From contig DRHQ01000080.1 of assembly GCA_011049545.1 (NCBI GenBank), positions 6,679 to 70,678 on the forward strand: a stretch of 64,000 nt of DNA, in the 5' to 3' direction. Shown piece by piece: positions 29,364 through 38,822 of this stretch. This DNA is from Candidatus Aminicenantes bacterium. Its GTDB lineage: Bacteria; Acidobacteriota; Aminicenantia; Aminicenantales; Aminicenantaceae. How positions within the stretch are numbered: position 1 is the stretch's first letter; every line of letters starts with the position of its first letter. Below the pieces are notes generated by a model. It had not been told where the DNA came from. It worked only from the letters and a program-made list of their open reading frames with translations, and did not search any database. The translations under genes were made by a program, and so were the position numbers.

Positions 29364-31280
29364 ATGAGTATTATAAAAAAACTTCTTGAGTTTACACTAA
29401 AGAGGACCGTATTTAGAAGGCGGCTGATCTTCTTTATCTCTGATAGTATCATCATTTCTTTTGCGATATATGCATCTCTTTGGATGAGATATAACGGAGT
29501 TCTCCCTCCTGAAAGTACACAGCCCATATTATATTACATCCTGCTGGCTCTAATTATTAAGCTTTCCTTTTTAGTTATATTTAATCTATATGATTTTTCC
29601 TGGCAATTCGTGAGCATGGAAGATCTAGTAAAACTTTTTAAGGCTTTATCTGTTGGCACGTTGTTTTTTGGAATGGCCTTATTTTTCCTAAGAGTTTATG
29701 AGCCGTTTATAGTATTCCCTTTCCCCCGATCCACACTACTGATTGATTATATAATTTCTTTATTCTTAATAGGATCTCTCAGAATTTCTAAGAGGCTTGT
29801 ATTAGAAGGGATCAAAAGTCCTTTTAGAAGTAAAGAAGAAAAAGTCAAAGTTTTAATTTATGGTGCCGGGGGCGCTGGGGAACAGATAACTCGTGATATG
29901 CAAAGAAACAAAAATTCAAACTATTTGCCGATTGGATTCGTCGATGATAATCCGGCTAAACAAGGAGTTGCTATCCACGGGATTCGGGTCTTAGGAAAAG
30001 GAGAGGAGATCCAAAAAATCTGTAAGAATAATAGAGTTGACGAAATATTAATTGCTCTTCCTTCTGCTCATTCCAAACAGATAAAAAAAATAGTAGAAGA
30101 AATTCGGGAATCAAATCTCATAAAGGAAATAAAAATATTGCCAGGTGTTACTGATTTAATAAATGGGAATGTGACACTTTCTGACATCCATGAGATTGAA
30201 TTGGATGACCTTTTAGGAAGATCACCGGTAAAAATTGATTTTGGGGCTATTAAAGATTTTATCCAGGGTAAAAAAGTATTGATTACAGGTGCAGGAGGAT
30301 CTATAGGTTCAGAACTGGCAAGGTCAATTCTTCAATTTAATCCTAAAACCCTAATCGTCCTCGACAATGATGAAACAGAGATATCCCAACTCGTTAATAA
30401 CTTGGGACTCTCTACAAAAGAAATAATTCCTGTAATCGGCGACATAAAAGACAAAAGCAGAATGGCCTCTGTATTTGGTAAATTCTTACCTCAAATTGTT
30501 ATACATTCTGCAGCTTATAAACACGTCCCGGTCCTGGAATTGTACCCGGAAGAGGCGGTTAAAACCAATATAGAAGGCACAAAAATACTTGCAGAACTCT
30601 CTTTAAATCATAATATCGAAGAATTCGTCTTTATTTCCACAGATAAAGCCATTAATCCAACAAGCGTAATGGGAGCAACTAAAAGAGTCGGTGAAAAGCT
30701 TTTGAAACTTTTAAATCAAAAAAATAAAACCAAGTTTGTTTCTGTAAGATTTGGAAATGTATTAGGTAGCAGAGGAAGTGTGATTCCGCTATTCAAGGAA
30801 CAGATAAAAAAAGGTGGACCCGTGACTGTCACCCACTCAGAAATGAAGAGATATTTCATGAGCACTTCTGAAGCTGTAATTCTTGTTCTTGAAGCCTCTG
30901 CTGTAGGACAAGGGGGCGAAGTTTTTGTTCTGGATATGGGAGAGCCGATTAAAATTCTTGATTTAGCCAAAGAAATGATAAGACTGAGCGGCTATGAACC
31001 TGATGTGGATATCCCAATAGTCTTTTCCCAGATAAGACCCGGAGAAAAATTATTCGAGGAAATATTAAGTGCTGAAGAGGGAGTTGAGTCTACTAATTAT
31101 GAAAAAATACTCAGAGCCAAAAGTGCTAACGAAAGAAGCTTTGAAGTTTTGATGGAGAAAATAAACCTTCTTATTAAGATGAGCTCCCGGAATAACAAAG
31201 ATGGAATAATTAAATTATTAAAGGAAATAGTGCCTACTTATAACCCATCAAAAATTAAATCGCCATTTAATCATTTTTAA
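29364..31280 (+). CDS. Membrane-anchored NDP-HexNAc 4,6-dehydratase (CapD/PglF/WbpM family)
   Basis: N-terminal TM helices, then two Rossmann regions (VLIYGAGGAGE and VLITGAGGSIGSEL), and YKHVP/TDKAINP. Confidence 0.9.
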   Translation: MSIIKKLLEFTLKRTVFRRRLIFFISDSIIISFAIYASLWMRYNGVLPPESTQPILYYILLALIIKLSFLVIFNLYDFSWQFVSMEDLVKLFKALSVGTLFFGMALFFLRVYEPFIVFPFPRSTLLIDYIISLFLIGSLRISKRLVLEGIKSPFRSKEEKVKVLIYGAGGAGEQITRDMQRNKNSNYLPIGFVDDNPAKQGVAIHGIRVLGKGEEIQKICKNNRVDEILIALPSAHSKQIKKIVEEIRESNLIKEIKILPGVTDLINGNVTLSDIHEIELDDLLGRSPVKIDFGAIKDFIQGKKVLITGAGGSIGSELARSILQFNPKTLIVLDNDETEISQLVNNLGLSTKEIIPVIGDIKDKSRMASVFGKFLPQIVIHSAAYKHVPVLELYPEEAVKTNIEGTKILAELSLNHNIEEFVFISTDKAINPTSVMGATKRVGEKLLKLLNQKNKTKFVSVRFGNVLGSRGSVIPLFKEQIKKGGPVTVTHSEMKRYFMSTSEAVILVLEASAVGQGGEVFVLDMGEPIKILDLAKEMIRLSGYEPDVDIPIVFSQIRPGEKLFEEILSAEEGVESTNYEKILRAKSANERSFEVLMEKINLLIKMSSRNNKDGIIKLLKEIVPTYNPSKIKSPFNHF

Positions 31281-31509
31281 CTAGCCATTTTCCCACCTTT
31301 AAATTTTTATCCGCCCTTAATCCTCATCTGATACGGGGCAAGCCTCGTATGTTATCTTATTTATCGTTGCGAAGAGAAAGGATAGATTGCTCGCTCTGCA
31401 CGGGGCAAGCTGTACAATCAAAAAAAAATGAAAGTCAATCTCATTTTTCGTATAAAGAGATTGCTACGTTCCCTTCTCTCGCTCGCACTGAAATAAAATA
31501 CATAATTGA

Positions 31510-32079
31510 ATGAAAACTTCGGGGAAGTGGACTATTGTCTGTGTCTATATAATTGGCATATTTGTTATCACACCCTATCTTCCTCAATTAATACAGGCTG
31601 CCACCTCTCGATGGTCAAGATTAGATGTGTCCCGTTTTGTATTAGGCGTGGAAATAGCTATTGCTTTTCTGATCTTAATCTTAGCTTTGGAATTTTTGAT
31701 TCACAGAAGGAAAAAATCGGCTCTTTTTCTTGTCTCTGTAGGAGGCATTTTTCTTTTGTCTTTCGTTATCTATCAATTTATTCCTAATCCATACGAATTC
31801 ACTCATCTTCCTGAGTATGCCATCTTGAGTATGCTTATCATAAGAGCTTTGGGTAAAGAGAAAGTAAGAAGTAAAAGTGCAGAAAAAGAAGAAAAATTAA
31901 AATCTGTAATAATCAAAAATTCTTACTTTCTGAGCGCAATGGCAACTGGCATAATTGGAACAGGAGATGAAATATATCAATATTTCTTACCTAATCGATT
32001 TTTTACGTTGTATGATATTTCCCTAAATATATTAGGTGGGATTTTAGGTCTTTTAATTTATTGGAGAATAAGAAAATAG
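31510..32079 (+). CDS. VanZ-like membrane protein, paralog 1
   Basis: Four helices with C-terminal GDEIYQYFLPNRFFTLYDISLNILGGILG. Confidence 0.6.
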   Translation: MKTSGKWTIVCVYIIGIFVITPYLPQLIQAATSRWSRLDVSRFVLGVEIAIAFLILILALEFLIHRRKKSALFLVSVGGIFLLSFVIYQFIPNPYEFTHLPEYAILSMLIIRALGKEKVRSKSAEKEEKLKSVIIKNSYFLSAMATGIIGTGDEIYQYFLPNRFFTLYDISLNILGGILGLLIYWRIRK

Positions 32080-32327
32080 AGTATTGAAATATATTTTTTT
32101 CATGAGATTGCTTCCTCGCTTCGCTCCCCGCAATGACAAATATAATTTCGCACCTCTCGATGACAAAGGTAAGTAACAATGTATTTCATTATATCAGGCA
32201 ACTTTGGGACAAAAGCCAAACATTAAGTTTGACATTTATTTTTTTTACATGTTATAAAATATTCACTTGTTCACTGGAGTGAAGAATCAAAATGTCTGAG
32301 GAGTGTTAACCTCAAAAGGAGTGATTC

Positions 32328-33401
32328 ATGGATGAATACGAAGGTAGAATTGAATGGATGAATTACCTTAATGTTATCTGGAAAAGAAAATGGCTCATCA
32401 TAATATCTACTTTCCTATGTGCCCTTGCAGCCGGAGTATTTAGCTTTTTACAACCTCCGGTGTGGGAAGTGGATGCTACAATTCAAGCAGGCAAAATTTT
32501 TGATAAGGATAGGCATGAAGAAGTTTTAATCATCGAGGGAGAGCAACTAGCAGGACAGATTAATGAGGGTTATTTCAATAATTTAATTGCAGCTGAACTA
32601 AGCCTAGATGTTATGGAAATGCCAAAAATAAAGGCAAGGAACTTACGATGGACGGAGTTAGTGAAAGTCTCCATAAGAGCAAATGATGTAGAAAAGACCA
32701 AGCAAATTTTATACTCTCTTTTCAATCATTTAAAAAAAGACTTAGATAAAAAGATTGATTCTGAACTCAAAACCAATACTACTCAGTTAGAACATATGGA
32801 AAACATCATTAATATGGAAAATCTTGGCATACAATCTCGAGAAATAAACATATCTTACCTTAAGCAAAATATCTTATCGGCACGAAAAAAGCTTAACAGT
32901 TCTTTAGAACACCAAAAAAAAATTATAGATGAGATGAATGCTGTTCTAGAAAGAATAGATGAAATAGAAAAACAGCAGAGAAAAGTTCTCACAGAAAAAA
33001 AAGAAGGAAGCAATACTTTAAATCTCCTGCTAAATTCAAATAAGACACAGGAATATTTTCGTTCCGATATGATTGAGCAAAAATTAAGCGTTGAAAAACT
33101 AACACAAGAGGAGATTAATTTGGTTATAAATCGAACAGAAGCAGACATAAGATTATTAAATTCTGAGATTGAACAAAAAAGAAAAAATATAGAGATGAGC
33201 AAGAAAGAAATTAATTTATTGAATGAAGCAAAGAGTCAAATAGATCATACGCAATTTATAAAAGAACCCACCTCCTCACTCTATCCTGTGGCTCCCAGAA
33301 AGAAACTCAATATCTTTATTGGAGGTGTTCTCGGCTTATTTGTCTTCAGTCTATTTGCCTTCTTTCTCGAATACATCGAAAAGATGAAACTTAAAGAGTG
33401 A
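32328..33401 (+). CDS. wzz: Wzz-type polysaccharide co-polymerase, paralog 2
   Basis: N-terminus (LNVIWKRKWLIIISTFLCALAAGVFSFLQPP) and C-terminus (FIKEPTSSLYPVAPRKKLN..) align with the 2640..3638 product. The coiled-coil middle is divergent. Confidence 0.8.
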   Translation: MDEYEGRIEWMNYLNVIWKRKWLIIISTFLCALAAGVFSFLQPPVWEVDATIQAGKIFDKDRHEEVLIIEGEQLAGQINEGYFNNLIAAELSLDVMEMPKIKARNLRWTELVKVSIRANDVEKTKQILYSLFNHLKKDLDKKIDSELKTNTTQLEHMENIINMENLGIQSREINISYLKQNILSARKKLNSSLEHQKKIIDEMNAVLERIDEIEKQQRKVLTEKKEGSNTLNLLLNSNKTQEYFRSDMIEQKLSVEKLTQEEINLVINRTEADIRLLNSEIEQKRKNIEMSKKEINLLNEAKSQIDHTQFIKEPTSSLYPVAPRKKLNIFIGGVLGLFVFSLFAFFLEYIEKMKLKE

Positions 33402-33628
33402 GAAAAACCGCCAGTAAATCTCTTTTGTTTTATTCTTTTCAAAAGTGCACTCAATAAACTTGAGTACGTAATGAATCCTTATCTTGAGACACTCCTTTCC
33501 GACTATAAAAATCCAGCTGATATTTCTATAAAAAAGAAAGGGCGATAAAAATTATTTATAACAAAAAAACTTTCCTTTCGTGGCTGTGGGTTGGTCTCTG
33601 CTCTATAGCAATTTTTCTAACCGTTCCT

Positions 33629-34798
33629 ATGGCAAGAAGGATTCAAATATTTATTTCCAATAATTGGGGAAGAGAAGTCTTTGGTTATTTTGTTTTGGGA
33701 GTTTTATTTATAGGGGCTATAAGTTTACTTTATTATCTAATTTTTAAGCTGAAAATACGGGCTCCATCAAATTATATATGGCTTTTTATCGTGGTTGGGC
33801 TTTATGTTTATTTTACGTTGAACTTGTGGAAAGCTCCAGAAGAAGCGGTTCATTTTTTGGAGTATGGATTGCTTGGCTTTTTTCTTTTTAAAGCCTTAAC
33901 CTATCATATAAGAGATAAAAGTATTTATGTTACAGCGACTTTTTTTGCCTTGTTTGTTGGCACAATCGATGAAATACTGCAATGGATGATACCCCTCAGA
34001 TACTGGGATTTTCGTGATGTAGGTCTTAATTGTTTATCCGGAGGATTATTCCAACTGGCAGTGTGGAAAGTAGTTAAGCCTAATATGATATCAAAAAAAA
34101 TAAATGCGAAATCTTTAAGAATATTTACTTCTATTTTTACTTCTTGCCTTATAATTCTGGGATTATGCGCATCAAACACGACCCAACGTGTGGCCAGTTA
34201 TACGAAAAAAATTCCCCGGTTATCCTTTCTCCAAAAAGAGGAGCCGATGAGTGAGTTTGGATATAAATATAAGGATCCAGAGATAGGGATTTTTTATTCA
34301 CGCCTGCATCCTAAAAACTTACAAAAGACAGATAATCTCAGAGGGGAACAATATGCACAAATTTTAAATGAATCTGTTGATAAGGATTATGAGCAGTTCT
34401 TAAGAGAATATAATTCAATTACTGATCCTTTTATGCATGAGCTTCGTGTTCATATTTTTCGGCGTGACGAATATTTTAATAAGGGGAAATCTACTTCAAG
34501 CCTAAATGAAAAGAAAGAATTCTATCTTATTGCTTATAGGGAAAACCTTATATTGGAAAAGTATTTTAGCCACAGCATCGAAAAATCCGTATATCACTGG
34601 CATAAAGATATTTCTAAAGAATTAGAAGCCTTCGCCGATAAGAGCAGACCCTATGAGAGCCCTGTCAGCGCTAATCTCTTTACTTCCTTTTCCGAAAAAA
34701 GCATTTGGGTCTCAATTTTTGCATTAATATTTTTTCTGGTATTAACTAATTTGTTTTTGCCCCTTATAAAAAAACAAAATAGAGTAACTAACCTTTAA
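33629..34798 (+). CDS. VanZ-like N-terminal domain + uncharacterised soluble domain + C-terminal TM; start uncertain
   Basis: GTIDEILQWMIPLRYWDFRDVGLNCLSGGL. A homologous first helix is encoded upstream of the first ATG (see findings). Confidence 0.5.
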   Translation: MARRIQIFISNNWGREVFGYFVLGVLFIGAISLLYYLIFKLKIRAPSNYIWLFIVVGLYVYFTLNLWKAPEEAVHFLEYGLLGFFLFKALTYHIRDKSIYVTATFFALFVGTIDEILQWMIPLRYWDFRDVGLNCLSGGLFQLAVWKVVKPNMISKKINAKSLRIFTSIFTSCLIILGLCASNTTQRVASYTKKIPRLSFLQKEEPMSEFGYKYKDPEIGIFYSRLHPKNLQKTDNLRGEQYAQILNESVDKDYEQFLREYNSITDPFMHELRVHIFRRDEYFNKGKSTSSLNEKKEFYLIAYRENLILEKYFSHSIEKSVYHWHKDISKELEAFADKSRPYESPVSANLFTSFSEKSIWVSIFALIFFLVLTNLFLPLIKKQNRVTNL

Positions 34799-34844
34799 AA
34801 TTTTGGATTTTTATCTTTTAGTTTATTAGAGCTAATTATAAAAT

Positions 34845-34870
34845 AGCGGTTCCTTGAACCGCTTTTTTTA
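34845..34870 (+). terminator. Rho-independent terminator closing the glycan locus
   Basis: AGCGGTTC-ctt-GAACCGCT followed by a T7 run. Confidence 0.7.
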
Positions 34871-34916
34871 TTTTTGGATGAAAATTGTGATATTATAGAA
34901 AAGCGAATGCCAGATC

Positions 34917-35141
34917 ATGCCAAATAAAAAACCTTCAAAAACCAACTACAGGAAGATTGCCGCTATAAGTTCCCTTGGACTCATGCTGCCCTCTTCCATC
35001 GCTGTAGGGTTATTCTTCGGCTATTATCTCGACAAATTCTTCGGAACCGATCCCTGGCTACTGCTGGTTTTTTTGCTCCTAGGTATATTTTCTGGCTTTT
35101 ACAGCCTTATACGGGGATTGAGTAAGTTTAAGGATGAATAA
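34917..35141 (+). CDS. AtpZ/AtpI-family small membrane protein
   Basis: 74 aa with two helices (LGLMLPSSIAVGLFFGYYLDKFFGT) immediately upstream of atp genes. Confidence 0.6.
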   Translation: MPNKKPSKTNYRKIAAISSLGLMLPSSIAVGLFFGYYLDKFFGTDPWLLLVFLLLGIFSGFYSLIRGLSKFKDE

Positions 35142-35278
35142 TAATAAAAAAGGGGACAGGCTACTTTATGTAAAAAAGGGGGACAGGCACCTTAAAGAAG
35201 AGGAGCCAGTCCCCTTTTTTAATCAAGCCCCTACAAATTAAATTATGTTAGTTTGATGAATCAAGCCCCTACAATAAA

Positions 35279-35776
35279 ATGACAATTAACATTTCAGAAG
35301 AAGAAAAGATACTAAAGCGTATTCCTTTTGAGATTATAATCCTCTCCTTTGTCATAGGCCTTGCCTCCCTCCTCCTCCTCACTCCTCTAACCGCTCTCTT
35401 CATCTTCACCGGAGGAGCTTTCTCCGCCTTAAGCTTCATCTGGCTCAAGCAATCGGTTTCAAGACTGTTCCTCTTAAAAAGTGGGGAAACTGGAGACATC
35501 TTAAAAAAAATGGAAAAAAAGGGGGACAGGCACCTTAAAGAAGAGGAGCCAGTCCCCATTTTTCAGTCCGCCTTTTTTGACAAGAAGAAGGCCCTCCGCT
35601 CTGCTTTAGCCCTCTACGGCATCCGCCTTGTATTGATTCTCGCCATCTTTTTTATTATAATCTTCTTCTTTTCAAAGAATATAATAGCTTTTGTAGCCGG
35701 CTTCTCAACCATGGTTCCTGTTTTTCTGGTTGAAGCTATAGCCGGACTCTCAAGAATGAAACAATGGAAGAGTTAG
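35279..35776 (+). CDS. atpI: ATP synthase protein I-like membrane protein with an internal repeat-derived insertion
   Basis: The position (overlaps the atpB start) and hydrophobic helices fit AtpI. The central hydrophilic KKMEKKGDRHLKEEEPVPIF segment is encoded by a dispersed repeat copy. Confidence 0.5.
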   Translation: MTINISEEEKILKRIPFEIIILSFVIGLASLLLLTPLTALFIFTGGAFSALSFIWLKQSVSRLFLLKSGETGDILKKMEKKGDRHLKEEEPVPIFQSAFFDKKKALRSALALYGIRLVLILAIFFIIIFFFSKNIIAFVAGFSTMVPVFLVEAIAGLSRMKQWKS

Positions 35777-36510
35777 AACACAGTTTATTCATAGTCGATT
35801 TCTTCAATAAAATCGTTGGGAAACCCCTTGCTTTCCTTCTCGGTCTCGCAGGAATAGAAGTCAAAAATCCAGAACACCTTATCCCTGATTACATCGTCAT
35901 GAGCCTGATTGTAGCGTCGGTCCTTATCCTCTTTTTCGGTCTCGCCTCACGAAGACTCAATATTATCCCTTCCAAACTCCAGGGATTTCTAGAGCTCCTC
36001 ATCCAGACCTTTGAAAATCTTCTGGTTGAAATCATAGGAGAACGAGGAAAAAAATATCTGCCTCTGGTCGCAACCATTGGCCTTTTCATATTAGTTTGTA
36101 ACCTCCTCGGCCTTGTTCCCGGACTTATGTCTCCTACCAGCAAACTCAACGTGACCCTGGGCTGTGCTCTTGTTGTCTTTTTCTACTACCACTGGCAGGG
36201 GATTAAAACCCAGGGTTTATTCAAGTATCTCAAACACTTCACCGGCCCCATTCCTCTTTTAGCACCGCTTCTCCTGCCCATAGAATTAATCAGCCACTTC
36301 TCCCGTCCTGTCTCGCTTTCAATCCGTCTTTTCGGAAATATATTTGCTGAGGAACTGCTCATCATAGTCATTGCTTCCATCATCCCTTTCTTTGTCCCGC
36401 TGCCATTCATGGCAATAGCCCTCTTTACGGCAACTATTCAGGCCTTTGTCTTTGTCCTCCTGTCCTGTATATATATAGGGGGAGCTGTGGCCGATGAGGA
36501 AGAACATTAA
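35764..36510 (+). CDS. atpB: F0F1 ATP synthase subunit a
   Basis: SLSIRLFGNIFAEELL (conserved Arg helix). Confidence 0.9.
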   Translation: MEELEHSLFIVDFFNKIVGKPLAFLLGLAGIEVKNPEHLIPDYIVMSLIVASVLILFFGLASRRLNIIPSKLQGFLELLIQTFENLLVEIIGERGKKYLPLVATIGLFILVCNLLGLVPGLMSPTSKLNVTLGCALVVFFYYHWQGIKTQGLFKYLKHFTGPIPLLAPLLLPIELISHFSRPVSLSIRLFGNIFAEELLIIVIASIIPFFVPLPFMAIALFTATIQAFVFVLLSCIYIGGAVADEEEH

Positions 36511-36528
36511 TTTTAAAAGGAGTAAGGA

Positions 36529-36882
36529 ATGAGAAAGAATTTAAAGCCTTTAGGACTTTTACTATTTTTTATGTTGCTGGCCAGCGCACCTCTTTTGGCT
36601 CAAGAAACCCAAGGAACCCCTCTTACTGCAAGCAGGGCAAACCTCTTCATGTGGTCTCTAATCGTCGGCGGAGCTGTCATCACCCTTACCGCTTCTGTGG
36701 GAGCTATCTGCCAGGCCAAATCGATAAGCAGCGCCTGTGAAGGCATTTCCAGAAATCCTGGATCCGCACCACATATTCGGTTCCTTCTTATCTTTGGATT
36801 GGTGCTAATTGAAACTCTGGTCATTTATGCTCTCCTTATCACCATTATTATAGTTATGGTAAAATGGGGGCAGTACGCATAA
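36529..36882 (+). CDS. atpE: F0F1 ATP synthase subunit c with signal-peptide-like N-terminal extension
   Basis: GAICQAKSISSACEGISRNPG loop and LIFGLVLIETLVIYALL (carboxylate helix). Confidence 0.9.
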   Translation: MRKNLKPLGLLLFFMLLASAPLLAQETQGTPLTASRANLFMWSLIVGGAVITLTASVGAICQAKSISSACEGISRNPGSAPHIRFLLIFGLVLIETLVIYALLITIIIVMVKWGQYA

Positions 36883-36913
36883 ACAAAGCAATCATATAAA
36901 CCCGGGAAAATAA

Positions 36914-37783
36914 ATGAAGTCTCCTGCCCTTGAAATTATATTAGAGACAATAAAAAGATTCCGCAGGGACAGGTGCGGAAACTTCGCCATTACTATTTCC
37001 TACTTTGCTGTCCTCTGCTCGGTCCCCTTGGTTGCTCTCTTTGCTTTCATCACGACTCGAATCCTGGGCGATCCTGAAGCGGCGTTCCGGAGCCTCAATA
37101 TCTTCTCTGAAGAATTCTTTGCTCAACTCGATCCTTACTTTTTCAACAGAGTTCAGGAACTCTCAAGGGATGTCACTAATCTGGGGTGGTTCGGGTTGCT
37201 GGGTTCTCTTGTTGCGGGAAGCTTTCTTTTCTCCAATCTGATCTATTCCTTAAATGTTATCTTCAAGGCAAATTACCAAAAATCCTTTTTTTACAACCGC
37301 CTCATGGAATACCTTGTCATGTTCAGCATCGGAATCATCATGCTCATTACTCTCTTCACAACAGCCATCTGGACCGGCATCCATCGCGCAATTAGAGAGA
37401 GTCCGATCGTCGCCAATAACATCAATCCTAAGATTGTCTCTCTTGCCGATAACTTTTTCATTCAATATCTCATTCCTTTAACTCTGACTTTTCTTGTTTT
37501 CTTTTGCCTTTATAAACTCATCCCGGAGGTCAAAGTTCATACTCGTGCGGCGGTCATTGCTGCTGTGATCGGGACTCTTCTCTGGGAAATCTCCAAAAGA
37601 GTTTTTGTCTTTTATGTAGCTAATTTTTCTGCCATAGGGATCGTCCTCTCCCGACTGTTAAAGGGGACTCTGACTTCTATTATTTTCTTCCTCCTCTGGA
37701 TTACTTTCTCGCTTTTTATCCTGCTCTGGGCGGCGGAGTTGGCTGCAGTCTTAAACGAGCGAATCGATGAAAAAACAGCCTGA
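36914..37783 (+). CDS. YihY/BrkB-family membrane protein
   Basis: RDRCGNFAITISYFAVLCSVPLVALFAFI and six helices. Confidence 0.75.
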   Translation: MKSPALEIILETIKRFRRDRCGNFAITISYFAVLCSVPLVALFAFITTRILGDPEAAFRSLNIFSEEFFAQLDPYFFNRVQELSRDVTNLGWFGLLGSLVAGSFLFSNLIYSLNVIFKANYQKSFFYNRLMEYLVMFSIGIIMLITLFTTAIWTGIHRAIRESPIVANNINPKIVSLADNFFIQYLIPLTLTFLVFFCLYKLIPEVKVHTRAAVIAAVIGTLLWEISKRVFVFYVANFSAIGIVLSRLLKGTLTSIIFFLLWITFSLFILLWAAELAAVLNERIDEKTA

Positions 37784-38822
37784 GAAGAGTTCTCCCCCTC
37801 TGAGTGTAGAGGAACTTGCCCGGTGCTTGAACTGCCCTTTTGAGGGAGACGGATCGGCAGTAATTCGAGGGGTTTCGAGCCTCGAGAAAGCCCAAAAAGG
37901 AGACCTCGTTTTTCTCTCTCACCGGAAATATCTCAGTCTCTTAGAACAGAGCAAGGCCTCAGCTGCAATCATTCCTTCAGAAGAAAGATACGACATAATC
38001 CCGGTCATTAAATCAGAAAATCCACATATAAGCTTTGTCAAGGCTGTAGAAATCTTTTATAAGCCCTATCGTCCCCCGCCGGGAATCCATCCCTCAGCCC
38101 TGGTTTCTCCCTCAGCCAAGATAGGAAAAGATGTCACGATCGGTCCTTTTGCTTTCATAGGAGATGAGGCAGAGATAGGAGCCGAAACAGTCATTTTCCC
38201 GTTTGTCGCCATCTATCCATGGGTGAAAATAGGGAAGGAGACTGTTCTCCACTCTCATGTTTCTATCCGCGAAGAGGTGAAGATCGGAAACCGCGTCATA
38301 ATCCACAACGGCGCTGTAATCGGCTCTGACGGCTTTGGCTACCTCCAGGACAAAGCCCACCCCCACATCAAAATTCCCCAGGTGGGGACACTCATTATCG
38401 AGGATGACGTGGAAGTGGGCACCAACACAACCATTGACCGAGCATCCCTGGGAGAAACGATCATAAAAAAAGGAACCAAAATAGATAACCTGGTTCAAAT
38501 TGCCCATAACGTTGAAATCGGCCCTCACAGTATTTTAGCCGGACAGGTCGGAATCTCCGGCAGCACAAAAATAGGAAAAAATGTCATCATGGGCGGGCAG
38601 GCCGGAGCAACAGATCATGTTAACATCGGAGATAATGTTATAGTTGCGGGAAGGACAGGGATAATCAAGGATGTGCCTCCTGACTCCTTCATTGGCGGAT
38701 TTCCCCATTTGGACATCAAAGAATGGCGGAAATCAGCAACAATGCTGCCCAGACTCTATGACCTGGCTAAGGATATAAGAAGATTGAAAAAGAAAGTCGA
38801 AGAGCTGGAGAAAAAACTGTAG
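37767..38822 (+). CDS. lpxD: UDP-3-O-acylglucosamine N-acyltransferase
   Basis: LSVEELARCLN...GVSSLEKAQKGDLVFLSHRKY N-domain, hexapeptide repeats, and a C-terminal helix. Confidence 0.9.
   Translation: MKKQPEKSSPPLSVEELARCLNCPFEGDGSAVIRGVSSLEKAQKGDLVFLSHRKYLSLLEQSKASAAIIPSEERYDIIPVIKSENPHISFVKAVEIFYKPYRPPPGIHPSALVSPSAKIGKDVTIGPFAFIGDEAEIGAETVIFPFVAIYPWVKIGKETVLHSHVSIREEVKIGNRVIIHNGAVIGSDGFGYLQDKAHPHIKIPQVGTLIIEDDVEVGTNTTIDRASLGETIIKKGTKIDNLVQIAHNVEIGPHSILAGQVGISGSTKIGKNVIMGGQAGATDHVNIGDNVIVAGRTGIIKDVPPDSFIGGFPHLDIKEWRKSATMLPRLYDLAKDIRRLKKKVEELEKKL

Noticed and set aside
38112-38528. 138-aa antisense ORF inside lpxD. Similar long shadow ORFs occur at 58800..59294 (thrS), 43069..43476 (glgA), 51079..51474 (ymdB/rny) and 54385..54750 (pheT).
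   Set aside because: They lie opposite strongly supported genes, have no recognisable motifs, and have low-complexity or odd composition. These are typical antisense shadows.
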